A stretch of 39,992 bases of DNA. Source: a virus. Under the pieces are notes generated by a model. It made no database searches, was not told the DNA's origin, and saw nothing but the letters and a program-made list of their open reading frames with translations. The translations under genes and the position numbers were made by a program. Below, in pieces: positions 27,443-35,446 of this stretch. The stretch is taken from the UHGV virus genome UHGV-0186582. One strand, given 5' to 3'. Within the stretch, counting starts at the first letter, position 1; every line of letters begins with the position of its first letter.

Positions 27443-27733
27443 TCATTGCCTTACCTCCATAAGCGCCCTATTAATAAACGCCGTCATTGGATTTGCACAT
27501 CCCCACCCCGTACCATCTGGATTTCTTTTAATTGGCTCCTTCTTCACTTTGCGTTTTGCATAAATAACCGTCTTCCACTTACGCTCAACAACACTCAAAT
27601 ACCCTTGTTTCACCATATGCCTTGCTGCTTGAGCGATTCTGTTATTTGGTATTCCGGTAATCAGAGCTAATTCATGTGGGGAGAATTGTTCATGAGTTTT
27701 CAGATATTCCAGGATGATTTCTTTTCCAGTCAC
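27443..27733 (-). CDS. ren: Ren-like protein
   Basis: 96 aa; MTGKEIILEYLKTHEQFSPHELALITG resembles lambda Ren MTGKEAIIHYLGTHNSF... Confidence 0.6.
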   Translation of the reverse strand: MTGKEIILEYLKTHEQFSPHELALITGIPNNRIAQAARHMVKQGYLSVVERKWKTVIYAKRKVKKEPIKRNPDGTGWGCANPMTAFINRALMEVRQ

Positions 27734-28575
27734 GATCTGCTCCTGTAACTATCCCATGTAAACGCAAGGGTGCATCCGCCGCCATCATTCATCCTGTCAA
27801 TAACACGCTCACCAATGAATGCAGACAGTTCATCTTTGCTCTGGTTGCTAATCAGGATTGTTGGCTTCATGCGCTCGTAGCGGGTGTTGATGATTTCGAA
27901 CATGATCATCTTTTCCGCCTCGCTTCCAAACTGCACACCAACCTCATCGATAATTAGCAGGTCAGGTTTAGTGAACTGTCGGATCACTTCATCCTCTGTG
28001 CGGGTGGAGTTTTTCGACCATGTTGATTTATATTCTCTGGCAATTTTCAGCGCCGTTGTGAAAATAGCTGAGCTTTGATGTTCCGTAATTGCGTGCCGGG
28101 CGATAGCCAGTGCAAGATGATTCTTTCCAGTACCAGGCTTTCCACACATAACCAGCCCACCGCCTTTCTGTAACCTCTCAGGCCATTTGCTGGCGTATGC
28201 CTGACACACCCTGAGCACTCTCTTTGCATCGTCGTTGACTGGCTCGTAGTTCTGTAGTGTGCAACCCTTGAATCGTTCAGGAATATCAAGATTATTCAAC
28301 AGAAACTCGACATTGCGCTTACGTGATTCCTCGTCGCTTTTACTCTTCTCCGCCTGTAGCAGAATAAGCTCATCTCTCATGCATTCCGGGCATTCGCTAG
28401 GTCTTGAGGCAAACTTAATTGGCCCAGTCGAGTAACGGTTACGCTGCTCAAACTCACCATGTTTTTCACAGATGCCAGTGCCAATTTCTACAGCTGTATG
28501 CTCGATAGCAATTGGCGGAGAACTCAATTCTGCAAGTTTTTTCTCCAGTTGGGAGATCTTTTCATCCAGCGTCAT
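27730..28575 (-). CDS. Replication helicase loader, DnaC-like AAA+ ATPase (P-function analogue)
   Basis: Walker A GKPGTGKNHLA and Walker B LLIIDEVG; start taken as ATG 28575 with AGGAG RBS overlapping O stop. Confidence 0.75.
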   Translation of the reverse strand: MTLDEKISQLEKKLAELSSPPIAIEHTAVEIGTGICEKHGEFEQRNRYSTGPIKFASRPSECPECMRDELILLQAEKSKSDEESRKRNVEFLLNNLDIPERFKGCTLQNYEPVNDDAKRVLRVCQAYASKWPERLQKGGGLVMCGKPGTGKNHLALAIARHAITEHQSSAIFTTALKIAREYKSTWSKNSTRTEDEVIRQFTKPDLLIIDEVGVQFGSEAEKMIMFEIINTRYERMKPTILISNQSKDELSAFIGERVIDRMNDGGGCTLAFTWDSYRSRS

Positions 28576-28577
28576 GT

Positions 28578-29423
28578 TCACTCCTGCGCCCATGAAGGCA
28601 TTTCAGTTTGCCCGTAATCTTTGGCGGCAAAGTTTTCCTGCATAGCTCGCTGCTGCGGCCTCGGTTGAGATTTCCCCTTTGGAGTCTTGGGCTCAAAAAT
28701 CCCCTGCCAACCACTGGCGATGCTCTGGTTTATAATTTCTTCAGGTGTATATCCCTTCTCCAGACTTCTGCTTAGAACGTTGATAGCCTGAGTAATACTT
28801 TGCTTAGACTTGATCGACTTACCTATCTCCTTGCGATAGGTAACCCACGACAACCATGTTTCTGCTGATAACCAATCAGGCAACTCTGTTTCTAGCGGGT
28901 CGAACTTCTGAGAAACTTTTTTGGGGGATATAGGGGGTTTATTAATATTTTCTTTTGTCTTTAAAGAATGTCTTTTGTGTGTCTCTAACTTCGAGACATT
29001 GAGTGTCTCTAATTTGGAGACATTTTTTGTCTCTAACTTCGAGACAAAGTTGCTAACTTGGAGACACTTGCTGAATTGCCACGCAGATACCTCACTGTTT
29101 ACACCGATTTGATTTCCATCCATAAACAGGCAATTCATTGAAATCAGTTCTTTTTTAGCCTTGTTAACATTCTGCCTTGACAGTCCTGTTAACTGAGCAA
29201 TTTGCTCATCGGCTATTCGATCTGTTTTCTTATTGAACCCATATGTTTTCCGGACGTAGGCCAGCATAACTTTCAACTGGCGAGCGGTTAAATCGGCACT
29301 TGCGATAGCTTCCAGCAGCTCGTTAGCGAATCTGGTGTAACCATCATCGATATCAGCCACTCTTAGCTCCTGTTCGGCAAAGTTACCTCTGCCGAAGTTG
29401 AGTATTTTTGCTGTATTTGTCAT
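28578..29423 (-). CDS. Replication initiator O-like protein (contains ori iterons)
   Basis: 281 aa; N-terminal HTH-like region; repeated VSKLET peptide units encoded by the iterons. Confidence 0.75.
   Translation of the reverse strand: MTNTAKILNFGRGNFAEQELRVADIDDGYTRFANELLEAIASADLTARQLKVMLAYVRKTYGFNKKTDRIADEQIAQLTGLSRQNVNKAKKELISMNCLFMDGNQIGVNSEVSAWQFSKCLQVSNFVSKLETKNVSKLETLNVSKLETHKRHSLKTKENINKPPISPKKVSQKFDPLETELPDWLSAETWLSWVTYRKEIGKSIKSKQSITQAINVLSRSLEKGYTPEEIINQSIASGWQGIFEPKTPKGKSQPRPQQRAMQENFAAKDYGQTEMPSWAQE
28980..29066. repeat. Origin iterons: ~4 copies of TGTCTC-N7-GAGACA at 24-bp periodicity, flanked by AT-rich DNA
   Basis: TGTCTCTAACTTCGAGACA at 28980 and 29028, TGTCTCTAATTTGGAGACA at 29004, degenerate copy near 29050; AT-rich stretch 28925-28978. 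Confidence 0.7.
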
Positions 29424-29457
29424 AATGACTCCTGTGGATTGATCCAGTCTTTCTACA

Positions 29458-29736
29458 TCAGGCCTCGAAGAATTCGCCGTTCTTCGGGGCTTTTTCTTTT
29501 GTCAGCATTCTGGCTACTTTCTTAGCCAGTTCCGCCAACTCCTCGTCTTCAACACCCCATTCAAGAACAGCCAGAAGCATGGCCATCTTTGGGATAAAGC
29601 TGTCTTTCCATCGCGAAATTTGCGATTCATTAATCCCTAACGCGTCGGCAACCTTTCGCTGACCACGTACAGCAATTCGATTCAGGATGTTGCTTGTAAT
29701 TGCATTCGCTTTCTTGCGAGTACTTGTAAGTTCCAT
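29458..29736 (-). CDS. cII: CII-like transcriptional activator
   Basis: 92 aa; ESQISRWKDSFIPKMAMLLAVLEWGV closely matches lambda CII KSQISRWKRDWIPKFSMLLAVLEWGV. Confidence 0.8.
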   Translation of the reverse strand: MELTSTRKKANAITSNILNRIAVRGQRKVADALGINESQISRWKDSFIPKMAMLLAVLEWGVEDEELAELAKKVARMLTKEKAPKNGEFFEA

Positions 29737-29784
29737 ATGTAAGTATTTCCTTAACTAATAAGAAGTTATGCGCATCAACTTATG

Positions 29785-29827
29785 CGCGTTGTATTCCCGC
29801 ATTTCGGCGGGAATGAGGACCATGACT
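29785..29827 (-). promoter_or_regulatory. nutR: boxA (GCTCTTTAACA) and boxB hairpin (TCCCGC-CGAAAT-GCGGGA) between cro and cII
   Basis: Read on minus strand; boxB 29785-29802, boxA 29817-29827. Confidence 0.5.
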
Positions 29828-29844
29828 GTTAAAGAGCAATTTGC

Positions 29845-30030
29845 TTATGCCGCTTTGCGGTAAGCGCTTTCTTGATACTTCAGGGCGCCAGCTGTAACGA
29901 CTTCCAGTCGATAGGCGTCTTTCTCTGGGATGACTTCCTTCCACTGAGAGACTGCTGCGTCGCTAATGCCTAACGCTTTAGCTACAGCACGCTGGGTTCC
30001 GAAGTGGTCGATAACATCTTTCTTGTACAT
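29845..30030 (-). CDS. cro: Cro repressor (P22 type)
   Basis: 61 aa MYKKDVIDHFGTQRAVAKALGISDAAVSQWKEVIPEKDAYRLEVVTAGALKYQ matches recalled P22 Cro. Confidence 0.85.
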   Translation of the reverse strand: MYKKDVIDHFGTQRAVAKALGISDAAVSQWKEVIPEKDAYRLEVVTAGALKYQESAYRKAA

Positions 30031-30044
30031 AGACTCGCTCCGAA

Positions 30045-30110
30045 ATTAAAGAACACTTAAATTATCAACTAAAGGAATCTTAAGTCAAGTTTATTTAAGA
30101 TGTCTTAACT
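30045..30110. promoter_or_regulatory. OR region: three P22-type 18-bp operators with divergent PR (minus) and PRM (plus)
   Basis: ATTAAAGAACACTTAAAT (30045-30062), ACTAAAGGAATCTTAAGT (30068-30085), ATTTAAGATGTCTTAACT (30093-30110) vs recalled consensus ATTTAAGATATCTTAAAT; PR -35 TTGACT / -10 GATAAT on minus strand (30061-30088). Confidence 0.6.
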
Positions 30111-30761
30111 ATGAAAACTCAATTGATGGGAGAGCGCATTCGCGCTCGGAGAAAAGAACTCAAGATCAGGCAGGCCGCACTTGGAAAGATGGTCGGCGTG
30201 TCTAATGTTGCCATATCTCAGTGGGAACGCTCTGAGACAGAGCCAAATGGAGAGAATCTTCTCGCCCTGGCTAATGCGTTGAAGTGTTCCCCTGACTATC
30301 TGATGAAAGGAGAGGAAAGTCTTTCAAACATTGCCTATCACAGTAGGCATGATCCAAGAGGGTCATTCCCTCTGATTAGCTGGGTGAGCGCAGGGTGCTG
30401 GATGGAAGCTGTAGAACCATATCATAAGCGTGCAATAGATAACTGGTACGATACAACCGTAGACTGTTCAGAAGATTCGTTTTGGTTGGACGTGAAGGGA
30501 GACTCAATGACGGCTCCAGCCGGTCTCAGTATCCCTGAAGGAATGATAATACTCGTCGATCCTGAAGTAGAGCCGCGTAACGGGAAACTTGTAGTTGCAA
30601 AGCTCGAAGGAGAAAACGAGGCAACTTTCAAGAAGTTAGTTATTGATGCAGGCAGGAAGTTTCTAAAACCACTTAACCCACAATATCCGATGATCGAGAT
30701 CAACGGAAACTGCAAAATCATCGGCGTAGTTGTCGATGCAAAACTAGCAAACCTTCCATAA
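30111..30761 (+). CDS. c2: C2 repressor (P22 type, LexA-like autocleaving)
   Basis: 216 aa; MKTQLMGERIRARRKELKIRQAALGKMVGVSNVAISQWERSETEPNGENLLAL... matches recalled P22 C2. Confidence 0.9.
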   Translation: MKTQLMGERIRARRKELKIRQAALGKMVGVSNVAISQWERSETEPNGENLLALANALKCSPDYLMKGEESLSNIAYHSRHDPRGSFPLISWVSAGCWMEAVEPYHKRAIDNWYDTTVDCSEDSFWLDVKGDSMTAPAGLSIPEGMIILVDPEVEPRNGKLVVAKLEGENEATFKKLVIDAGRKFLKPLNPQYPMIEINGNCKIIGVVVDAKLANLP

Positions 30762-30783
30762 GGGGGCATTCGCCCCTTTTTTT
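30762..30783 (+). terminator. Rho-independent terminator after c2
   Basis: GGGGC-ATTC-GCCCC followed by seven T. Confidence 0.5.
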
Positions 30784-30851
30784 ATTTCCTTTAAAAATCA
30801 AAGCTAAACTTAAGTTACGAAAGAAAATTTAAGTTTTCTTCAAAAATACTC

Positions 30852-30880
30852 TTGACCATTAATTAAAGAGATCTTAAATT
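30852..30880 (+). promoter_or_regulatory. pL candidate with overlapping OL operator
   Basis: -35 TTGACC (30852-30857), 17-bp spacer, -10 TAAATT; operator-like ATTAAAGAGATCTTAAAT (30862-30879). Confidence 0.4.
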
Positions 30881-30926
30881 TAAGCCATCAGCAGGAAGCT
30901 GGTAGCCAAACGGAACAGATTGGCAG

Positions 30927-30967
30927 GCTCTTTAACATTGATGGGATTGTCCCGCCGAAATGCGGGA
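30927..30967 (+). promoter_or_regulatory. nutL: boxA (GCTCTTTAA) and boxB hairpin identical to nutR
   Basis: boxA 30927-30935; boxB TCCCGC-CGAAAT-GCGGGA at 30950-30967. Confidence 0.5.
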
Positions 30968-31074
30968 ACCAAAGAGTAGTTGGCTTTGGGGTGATGTGAA
31001 GTGCAGCTGCACGACGGCAACCGGAAGATAAGCACCCGGCGCGTCACCGCCAAAGTCAATCATCGGAGGTCAAC

Positions 31075-31347
31075 ATGACAGTAGTCATTACATATCTGGC
31101 TGACGATAACGCCAGAAATCGCCGCAGAGCACGCAGACAGGCTCAACGTGAACAGGCAATGCAAGAGCAGCGACTGGCGCGAAAAATTGCGCTAAAGCTC
31201 TCTGGTTGCGTCAGAGCAGATAAAGCAGCATCACTCGGAAGCATTCGCTGCAAGAAGGCAGATGAATGCAGTGGAAGTATTTGCCTGCCAAACGTAGCCA
31301 TTTACGCGGCAGGCTACAGGAAATCCAAACAGCTGACAGCAAGATGA
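31075..31347 (+). CDS. N-like transcription antiterminator (P22 gene 24-like)
   Basis: 90 aa; arginine-rich motif NARNRRRARRQAQ; C-terminus LPNVAIYAAGYRKSKQLTAR resembles recalled P22 gp24; GGAGG RBS. Confidence 0.65.
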   Translation: MTVVITYLADDNARNRRRARRQAQREQAMQEQRLARKIALKLSGCVRADKAASLGSIRCKKADECSGSICLPNVAIYAAGYRKSKQLTAR

Positions 31348-31364
31348 CTTGTGTTGGTCGCCAG

Positions 31365-31410
31365 AAAATGAAATTAGGCAGCAAACCACTTATTTGAGGT
31401 GAAATATGGA
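31365..31410. repeat. Repeat A copy 1 (~46 bp, second copy at 32505-32550, one mismatch)
   Basis: AAAATGAAATTAGGCAGCAAACCACTTATTTGAGGTGA(A/G)ATATGGA read in both places. Confidence 0.8.
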
Positions 31411-31573
31411 AATTGAAATACCAGACAGCTTCGACCCTGAATGGCAAGCAATGATGCTTCGCCAGTTAGCTGGGAACATTGAGGCACTTAAAAATCGAGA
31501 AGATGAACCTGACGAACTACTTATCGACTGCGAGGAAATTATCGAATCTCTTCGCGAATATTCAGGATTTTAA
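31406..31573 (+). CDS. Small acidic hypothetical protein (55 aa)
   Basis: ATG inside repeat A copy 1; MEIEIPDSFDPEWQAMMLRQLAGNIEALKNREDEPDELLIDCEEIIESLREYSGF; below ORF-track cutoff. Confidence 0.3.
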   Translation: MEIEIPDSFDPEWQAMMLRQLAGNIEALKNREDEPDELLIDCEEIIESLREYSGF

Positions 31574-31598
31574 GGCCGAATAGTCGGCCTTTATTTTT
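31574..31598 (+). terminator. Rho-independent terminator (tL1-like)
   Basis: GGCCGA-ATAG-TCGGCC followed by TTTATTTTT. Confidence 0.5.
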
Positions 31599-31615
31599 GG
31601 CATAAACAACAGAGG
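31586..31615. repeat. Repeat B copy 1 (30 bp exact, second copy 32821-32850)
   Basis: GGCCTTTATTTTTGGCATAAACAACAGAGG identical at both sites, each ending in the AGAGG RBS of a paralogous gene. Confidence 0.85.
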
Positions 31616-31620
31616 TGGAT

Positions 31621-31881
31621 ATGACCGTAGAAAGAATGAAAAGGCCGTGGAGTGTTGTTGGCACTGGATTCAACGATGATGGTGTTTATGTCACGTTTGA
31701 CGATACAACCATACATCGAGGTGATTTGAGATTGATGGAGGCAGCTCCTGATTTGCTTGAAGCTCTGCAAGCGATGCTAAACAAGGCATACAAGCAAAGC
31801 TGGAATGACCATTATCCTGATGAAGTATCGAAAGCACTGTCAGCAATTAGCAAAGCTATTGGTGAAGATTATTACGATTGA
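31621..31881 (+). CDS. Hypothetical protein, paralogue of 32856-33152
   Basis: Shares AAPDLLEALQ...AISKA.G motif with second copy; ATG 31621 after repeat-B RBS. Confidence 0.5.
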   Translation: MTVERMKRPWSVVGTGFNDDGVYVTFDDTTIHRGDLRLMEAAPDLLEALQAMLNKAYKQSWNDHYPDEVSKALSAISKAIGEDYYD

Positions 31882-31886
31882 GGTTA

Positions 31887-32156
31887 ATGATGAAATTCAA
31901 ATTGAACGATGAAGTTAAATGGTCAAGCTCATCAAACGGTGTAACGAAGGTAAAAATCGGGTTTATCGTCGAGGTGATTCCTCCTGGTGTCAACGTAAAA
32001 AAATTCGAACTAGGCCGTCTGCTAGATGCACCTGGCCTTCCGAGGAAAGAAGAGAGCTATATAGTTTGTGTAGGTCCAAGACCCGGATCTCGTGCCAAGC
32101 CAAAATATTACTGGCCGCGAGTTAATAACCTGCGTCACTTACACGATGACAAATAG
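31887..32156 (+). CDS. Hypothetical protein
   Basis: ATGATG start with GAGG RBS; ~90 aa. Confidence 0.45.
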   Translation: MMKFKLNDEVKWSSSSNGVTKVKIGFIVEVIPPGVNVKKFELGRLLDAPGLPRKEESYIVCVGPRPGSRAKPKYYWPRVNNLRHLHDDK

Positions 32157-32504
32157 AAGTGAGTATCCTTGTTTTACTTTTCCAGCTTATTACGATTGAG
32201 GAGAGACGGAAATGATAGATGGGAAATCTGTGAAGATATTTGACGAGCAAGCTACACTGCCTTGATTTTATGTTAGGGATATTTCTTCGTTCTATGACGA
32301 ACCAACATTTGATATTTTATTTGTCGATGATGATGGTATATGTCGGTATTCGAACGATATTTTTAATTCAGAGTAAGAAGCCATCAATTACGCAGAGAAA
32401 TGCAATGCCAAAACAGCCGACTATGAACGCTGGGATTACTGCAAACATAATCGCTGGATTCTGACTCAACACATTGAAGCCAAATCCTCCTAGCTCGCAA
32501 TCAC

Positions 32505-32550
32505 AAAATGAAATTAGGCAGCAAACCACTTATTTGAGGTGAGATATGGA
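32505..32550. repeat. Repeat A copy 2
   Basis: See copy 1. Confidence 0.8.
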
Positions 32551-32615
32551 AGAAGAATTTGAAGAGTTCGAAGAGCATCCGCAGGATGTGATGGAACAAT
32601 ACCAGGACTATCCGT

Positions 32616-32816
32616 ATGACTACGACTATTGATACAAATCAATGGTGTGGACAATTCAAGCGATGCAATGGATGCAAGCTGCAATCGGAATACATGGTTA
32701 AGCCTGAAGAAATATTTCCTGTAATGGAAGATGGGAAATATGTCGATAAATGGGCAATACGAACGACGGCAATGATTGCCAGAGAACTTGGTAAACAGAA
32801 TAACAAGGCTGCCTGA
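32616..32816 (+). CDS. Hypothetical small protein (Cys-motif CGQFKRCNGC)
   Basis: 66-aa ORF; its start overlaps a 28-codon acidic mini-ORF (32546-32632) so the true coding unit is uncertain. Confidence 0.35.
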   Translation: MTTTIDTNQWCGQFKRCNGCKLQSEYMVKPEEIFPVMEDGKYVDKWAIRTTAMIARELGKQNNKAA

Positions 32817-32820
32817 TGGT

Positions 32821-32850
32821 GGCCTTTATTTTTGGCATAAACAACAGAGG
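32821..32850. repeat. Repeat B copy 2
   Basis: See copy 1. Confidence 0.85.
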
Positions 32851-32855
32851 ATAAC

Positions 32856-33152
32856 ATGGAATTTAAAGGTACTGAAGGCAAGTGGGAAATAATGATGGAT
32901 GGCGATGAGATTAAAATAATCCAGGCAGACTCACTTGAAAATGGCGCAGGCTGGCGTTCGTATATTGCAATCTGTGAGGAAGTTCAATGTATTGAAGATG
33001 CCAATCTAATAGCGGCAGCACCTGACCTTCTCGAAGCACTTCAGTTATTACTTAAGCAATCCAAAAATAGAACAACGACAACATATCCAGAATGGTATGG
33101 AGCTGTTAATAAAGGTCTTGCAGCAATCAGCAAGGCTCTGGGAGGTGAATGA
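32856..33152 (+). CDS. Hypothetical protein, paralogue of 31621-31881
   Basis: 98 aa; IAAAPDLLEALQLL...AAISKALGGE. Confidence 0.5.
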   Translation: MEFKGTEGKWEIMMDGDEIKIIQADSLENGAGWRSYIAICEEVQCIEDANLIAAAPDLLEALQLLLKQSKNRTTTTYPEWYGAVNKGLAAISKALGGE

Positions 33153-33352
33153 TGTGCGAGTTTTATGAAGCAGATATCAAACGCCCAGAAATGGCAAGTG
33201 ATGCGACATTACGTGATTACTTCGCGGCAAAGGCTATGCAAGCAATGATTAGCAATCCATCGATTATCGATAATGATTCTGATGGAGTTGTTAATTATGC
33301 AGCAAGCGCTGCATATAAGTTTGCAGACGCAATGCTCAAAGCTCGCGAATAA
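33149..33352 (+). CDS. Hypothetical protein
   Basis: 67 aa, ATGA overlap with upstream stop. Confidence 0.45.
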   Translation: MMCEFYEADIKRPEMASDATLRDYFAAKAMQAMISNPSIIDNDSDGVVNYAASAAYKFADAMLKARE

Positions 33353-33451
33353 GCACTGTGTATTCATTCCAACGAGTGAATACACGGAGCAATGTCGCTC
33401 GTAACTAAACAGGAGCCGACTTGTTCTGATTATTGGAAATCTTCTTTGCCC

Positions 33452-33478
33452 TCCGATGTGGGGGGCCTTTTTATATGC
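33452..33478 (+). terminator. Possible terminator-like hairpin
   Basis: CCCTCC-GATGT-GGGGGG followed by CCTTTTTAT. Confidence 0.3.
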
Positions 33479-33538
33479 ATACCAATAACGCTTCACTCGA
33501 GGCGTTTTCGTTATGCAATCAAACAGAAGGAGCATCCT

Positions 33539-33709
33539 ATGCAACAGTTCGCTATTGCAGGGGCGGCATCGGTTCGCCCTTTCAACCCGATTTTATCGGT
33601 ACAGCATTCACGAAAAAACATTTTAACCGGAGCAGACTTTAAACAACCAAGAATGAAAAGTTTGCTCGAAAAGCTTTGGGATATTTTGAAACAACAAGGC
33701 CGTCCATGA
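33539..33709 (+). CDS. CIII-like protein (FtsH inhibitor family)
   Basis: 56 aa; MQQFAIAG... and ...LWDILKQQGRP resemble lambda CIII MQYAIAG...LIDILNQPGVP; AGGAG RBS. Confidence 0.45.
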   Translation: MQQFAIAGAASVRPFNPILSVQHSRKNILTGADFKQPRMKSLLEKLWDILKQQGRP

Positions 33710-33864
33710 GTTTTACAGATAACTGGTCAGACGAAGAATTCATTCGTCAGATGAAAGAATTAATCGGTAACGAAGGAGATATTCATGTCACTTGCAACCA
33801 CAGTGAAGGAGAGCAAGTTACAGAGACGCATGTACACGCAGAAAGCTCTCTGGTATCGCCATAA
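33706..33864 (+). CDS. Hypothetical small protein (kil position)
   Basis: 52 aa from ATG overlapping cIII-like stop. Confidence 0.3.
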   Translation: MSFTDNWSDEEFIRQMKELIGNEGDIHVTCNHSEGEQVTETHVHAESSLVSP

Positions 33865-33965
33865 TGGCGACCGCGAAGGAATGCGGGTATGCCTTAATTT
33901 GTCCCGAGTCGAAGTATTAAATCAGCGTTATTTCCTTGGGTCATGTCCATTCTGAGAACAATCAT

Positions 33966-34571
33966 ATGAGCAAAGAATTTTACGCAAGACTGGCAGTTAT
34001 TCAGGAAAATCTGAACGCGCCCAAGAATCAGTACAACTCATTCGGTAAATATAAATACAGAAGCTGCGAAGACATTCTTGAAGGCGTTAAGCCGTTACTG
34101 AATGGTCTGTTTTTATCAATCAGCGATGAAGTTGTGTTGATTGGTGATCGGTATTACGTGAAAGCCACGGCAACTATTACCGATGGCGAAAACAGTCATA
34201 CGGCAACCGCTCTTGCACGAGAGGAAGAAAGCAAGAAAGGAATGGATTCTGCACAAGTTACTGGAGCTACAAGCTCTTATGCACGCAAGTATTGCCTCAA
34301 TGGTTTGTTCGGCATTGATGATGCGAAAGATGCAGATACAGACGAGCATAAACATCAGCAGAACGCAGCAGCAAAGCAATCAAAACCATCACCTACATCT
34401 GAACAGGTTCTAAAAGCATTCACTGACGCAGCAATGCAGAAAAACACCGTAGAAGAGCTTAAACAGGCGTTCGCCAAAGCGTGGAAGATGCTCGAAGGCA
34501 CACCGGAGCAGCACAAAGCGCAGGACGTTTACAACATCAGACGAGATGAATTAGAAGGAGCGGCTGCTTAA
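33966..34571 (+). CDS. erf: Erf single-strand annealing recombinase (P22 Erf-like)
   Basis: MSKEFYARLAVIQENLNAPKNQYNSFGKYKYRSCEDILEGVKPLL... matches recalled P22 Erf; start taken at ATG 33966. Confidence 0.8.
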   Translation: MSKEFYARLAVIQENLNAPKNQYNSFGKYKYRSCEDILEGVKPLLNGLFLSISDEVVLIGDRYYVKATATITDGENSHTATALAREEESKKGMDSAQVTGATSSYARKYCLNGLFGIDDAKDADTDEHKHQQNAAAKQSKPSPTSEQVLKAFTDAAMQKNTVEELKQAFAKAWKMLEGTPEQHKAQDVYNIRRDELEGAAA

Positions 34572-34951
34572 TGGCACATTCGATTACTGTAAGACTAAAC
34601 AAGCCCGTAAGAGAGTTTCAGGCCGGGGAAAATATCGGATTCAACATCCGTGCTGGCGTTCAGTATTACGATCGCCAGACAAAAAAGAAAGAATGGACAA
34701 ACTACAGCGCCGTTGTATTTGCCAAGCCGGGAGCGCAAGCGGATTACTACCGTAGTGTTCTTGTTGAAGGTGGAATTGTGGAAATTACCGGAGAAAACAT
34801 CAGGGTTGATGTTTATCAGGGGCAAAATGGTCAATCAATCACTCTTGAATTACTGAATGCAAAGATTGGATTTGCAGCTTCAGGAAATGGCCAGCAGCAA
34901 AGTAGCAATCATCAAAATCATCCTGAATACGACGATTCAATTCCCTTCTAG
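34571..34951 (+). CDS. Single-stranded DNA-binding protein (SSB-like)
   Basis: 126 aa ending YDDSIPF, like the E. coli SSB acidic tip DDDIPF. Confidence 0.6.
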   Translation: MAHSITVRLNKPVREFQAGENIGFNIRAGVQYYDRQTKKKEWTNYSAVVFAKPGAQADYYRSVLVEGGIVEITGENIRVDVYQGQNGQSITLELLNAKIGFAASGNGQQQSSNHQNHPEYDDSIPF

Positions 34952-34974
34952 ATTAGCAAAATAAGGCTCCCATT

Positions 34975-35271
34975 ATGCCAGCGCCTCTGTATGGTGCGGA
35001 TGACCCGCGCAACTGCTCCGGTAGCTCCAAGGCGGAGGTGCTGGAAAATATCAAAAACAATTTCGACACGTTTATCGATCTGCCACCAGAAACAAAAGCA
35101 GAACGGATGTACCGACGCGATATACAACTCGCGTTAAAAGATGAGAAGGACCGAACAAACGAAACAGCAATGAGACCGTTGCGAAAAGCGACAATAGACA
35201 AATTCCCTGAATATATCGACCCGCGCCTGCGTAATTACCGCTCACGCTATGGCGCTATCAGTAATGACTGA
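34975..35271 (+). CDS. Hypothetical protein; possible Abc2-like anti-RecBCD (size/position only)
   Basis: 98 aa directly downstream of erf/ssb. Confidence 0.35.
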   Translation: MPAPLYGADDPRNCSGSSKAEVLENIKNNFDTFIDLPPETKAERMYRRDIQLALKDEKDRTNETAMRPLRKATIDKFPEYIDPRLRNYRSRYGAISND

Positions 35272-35281
35272 GGAATTTACC

Positions 35282-35446
35282 ATGAGAGGACTTGCATACA
35301 ATCCCGGCATTCTTCCGGCAGAAATGATTATTCGCCAACGCGTAAAGCCAATGCCATCGAGAGAGGAATTGCTTAAGAGAAAGAGTTTCGGTTCTGTTAA
35401 TGACAACAAATATCTGAATGCGATGTGGCGGAGTGGGAAGAAATGA
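35282..35446 (+). CDS. Hypothetical small protein
   Basis: 54 aa from ATG 35282 with GAGGAA RBS. Confidence 0.35.
   Translation: MRGLAYNPGILPAEMIIRQRVKPMPSREELLKRKSFGSVNDNKYLNAMWRSGKK

Noticed and set aside
32240-32464. 74-aa plus-strand ORF in the AT-rich stretch
   Set aside because: Composition dominated by Met/Ile/Leu/Phe codons from AT-rich DNA, no clear RBS; retained only as part of the AT-rich region finding.
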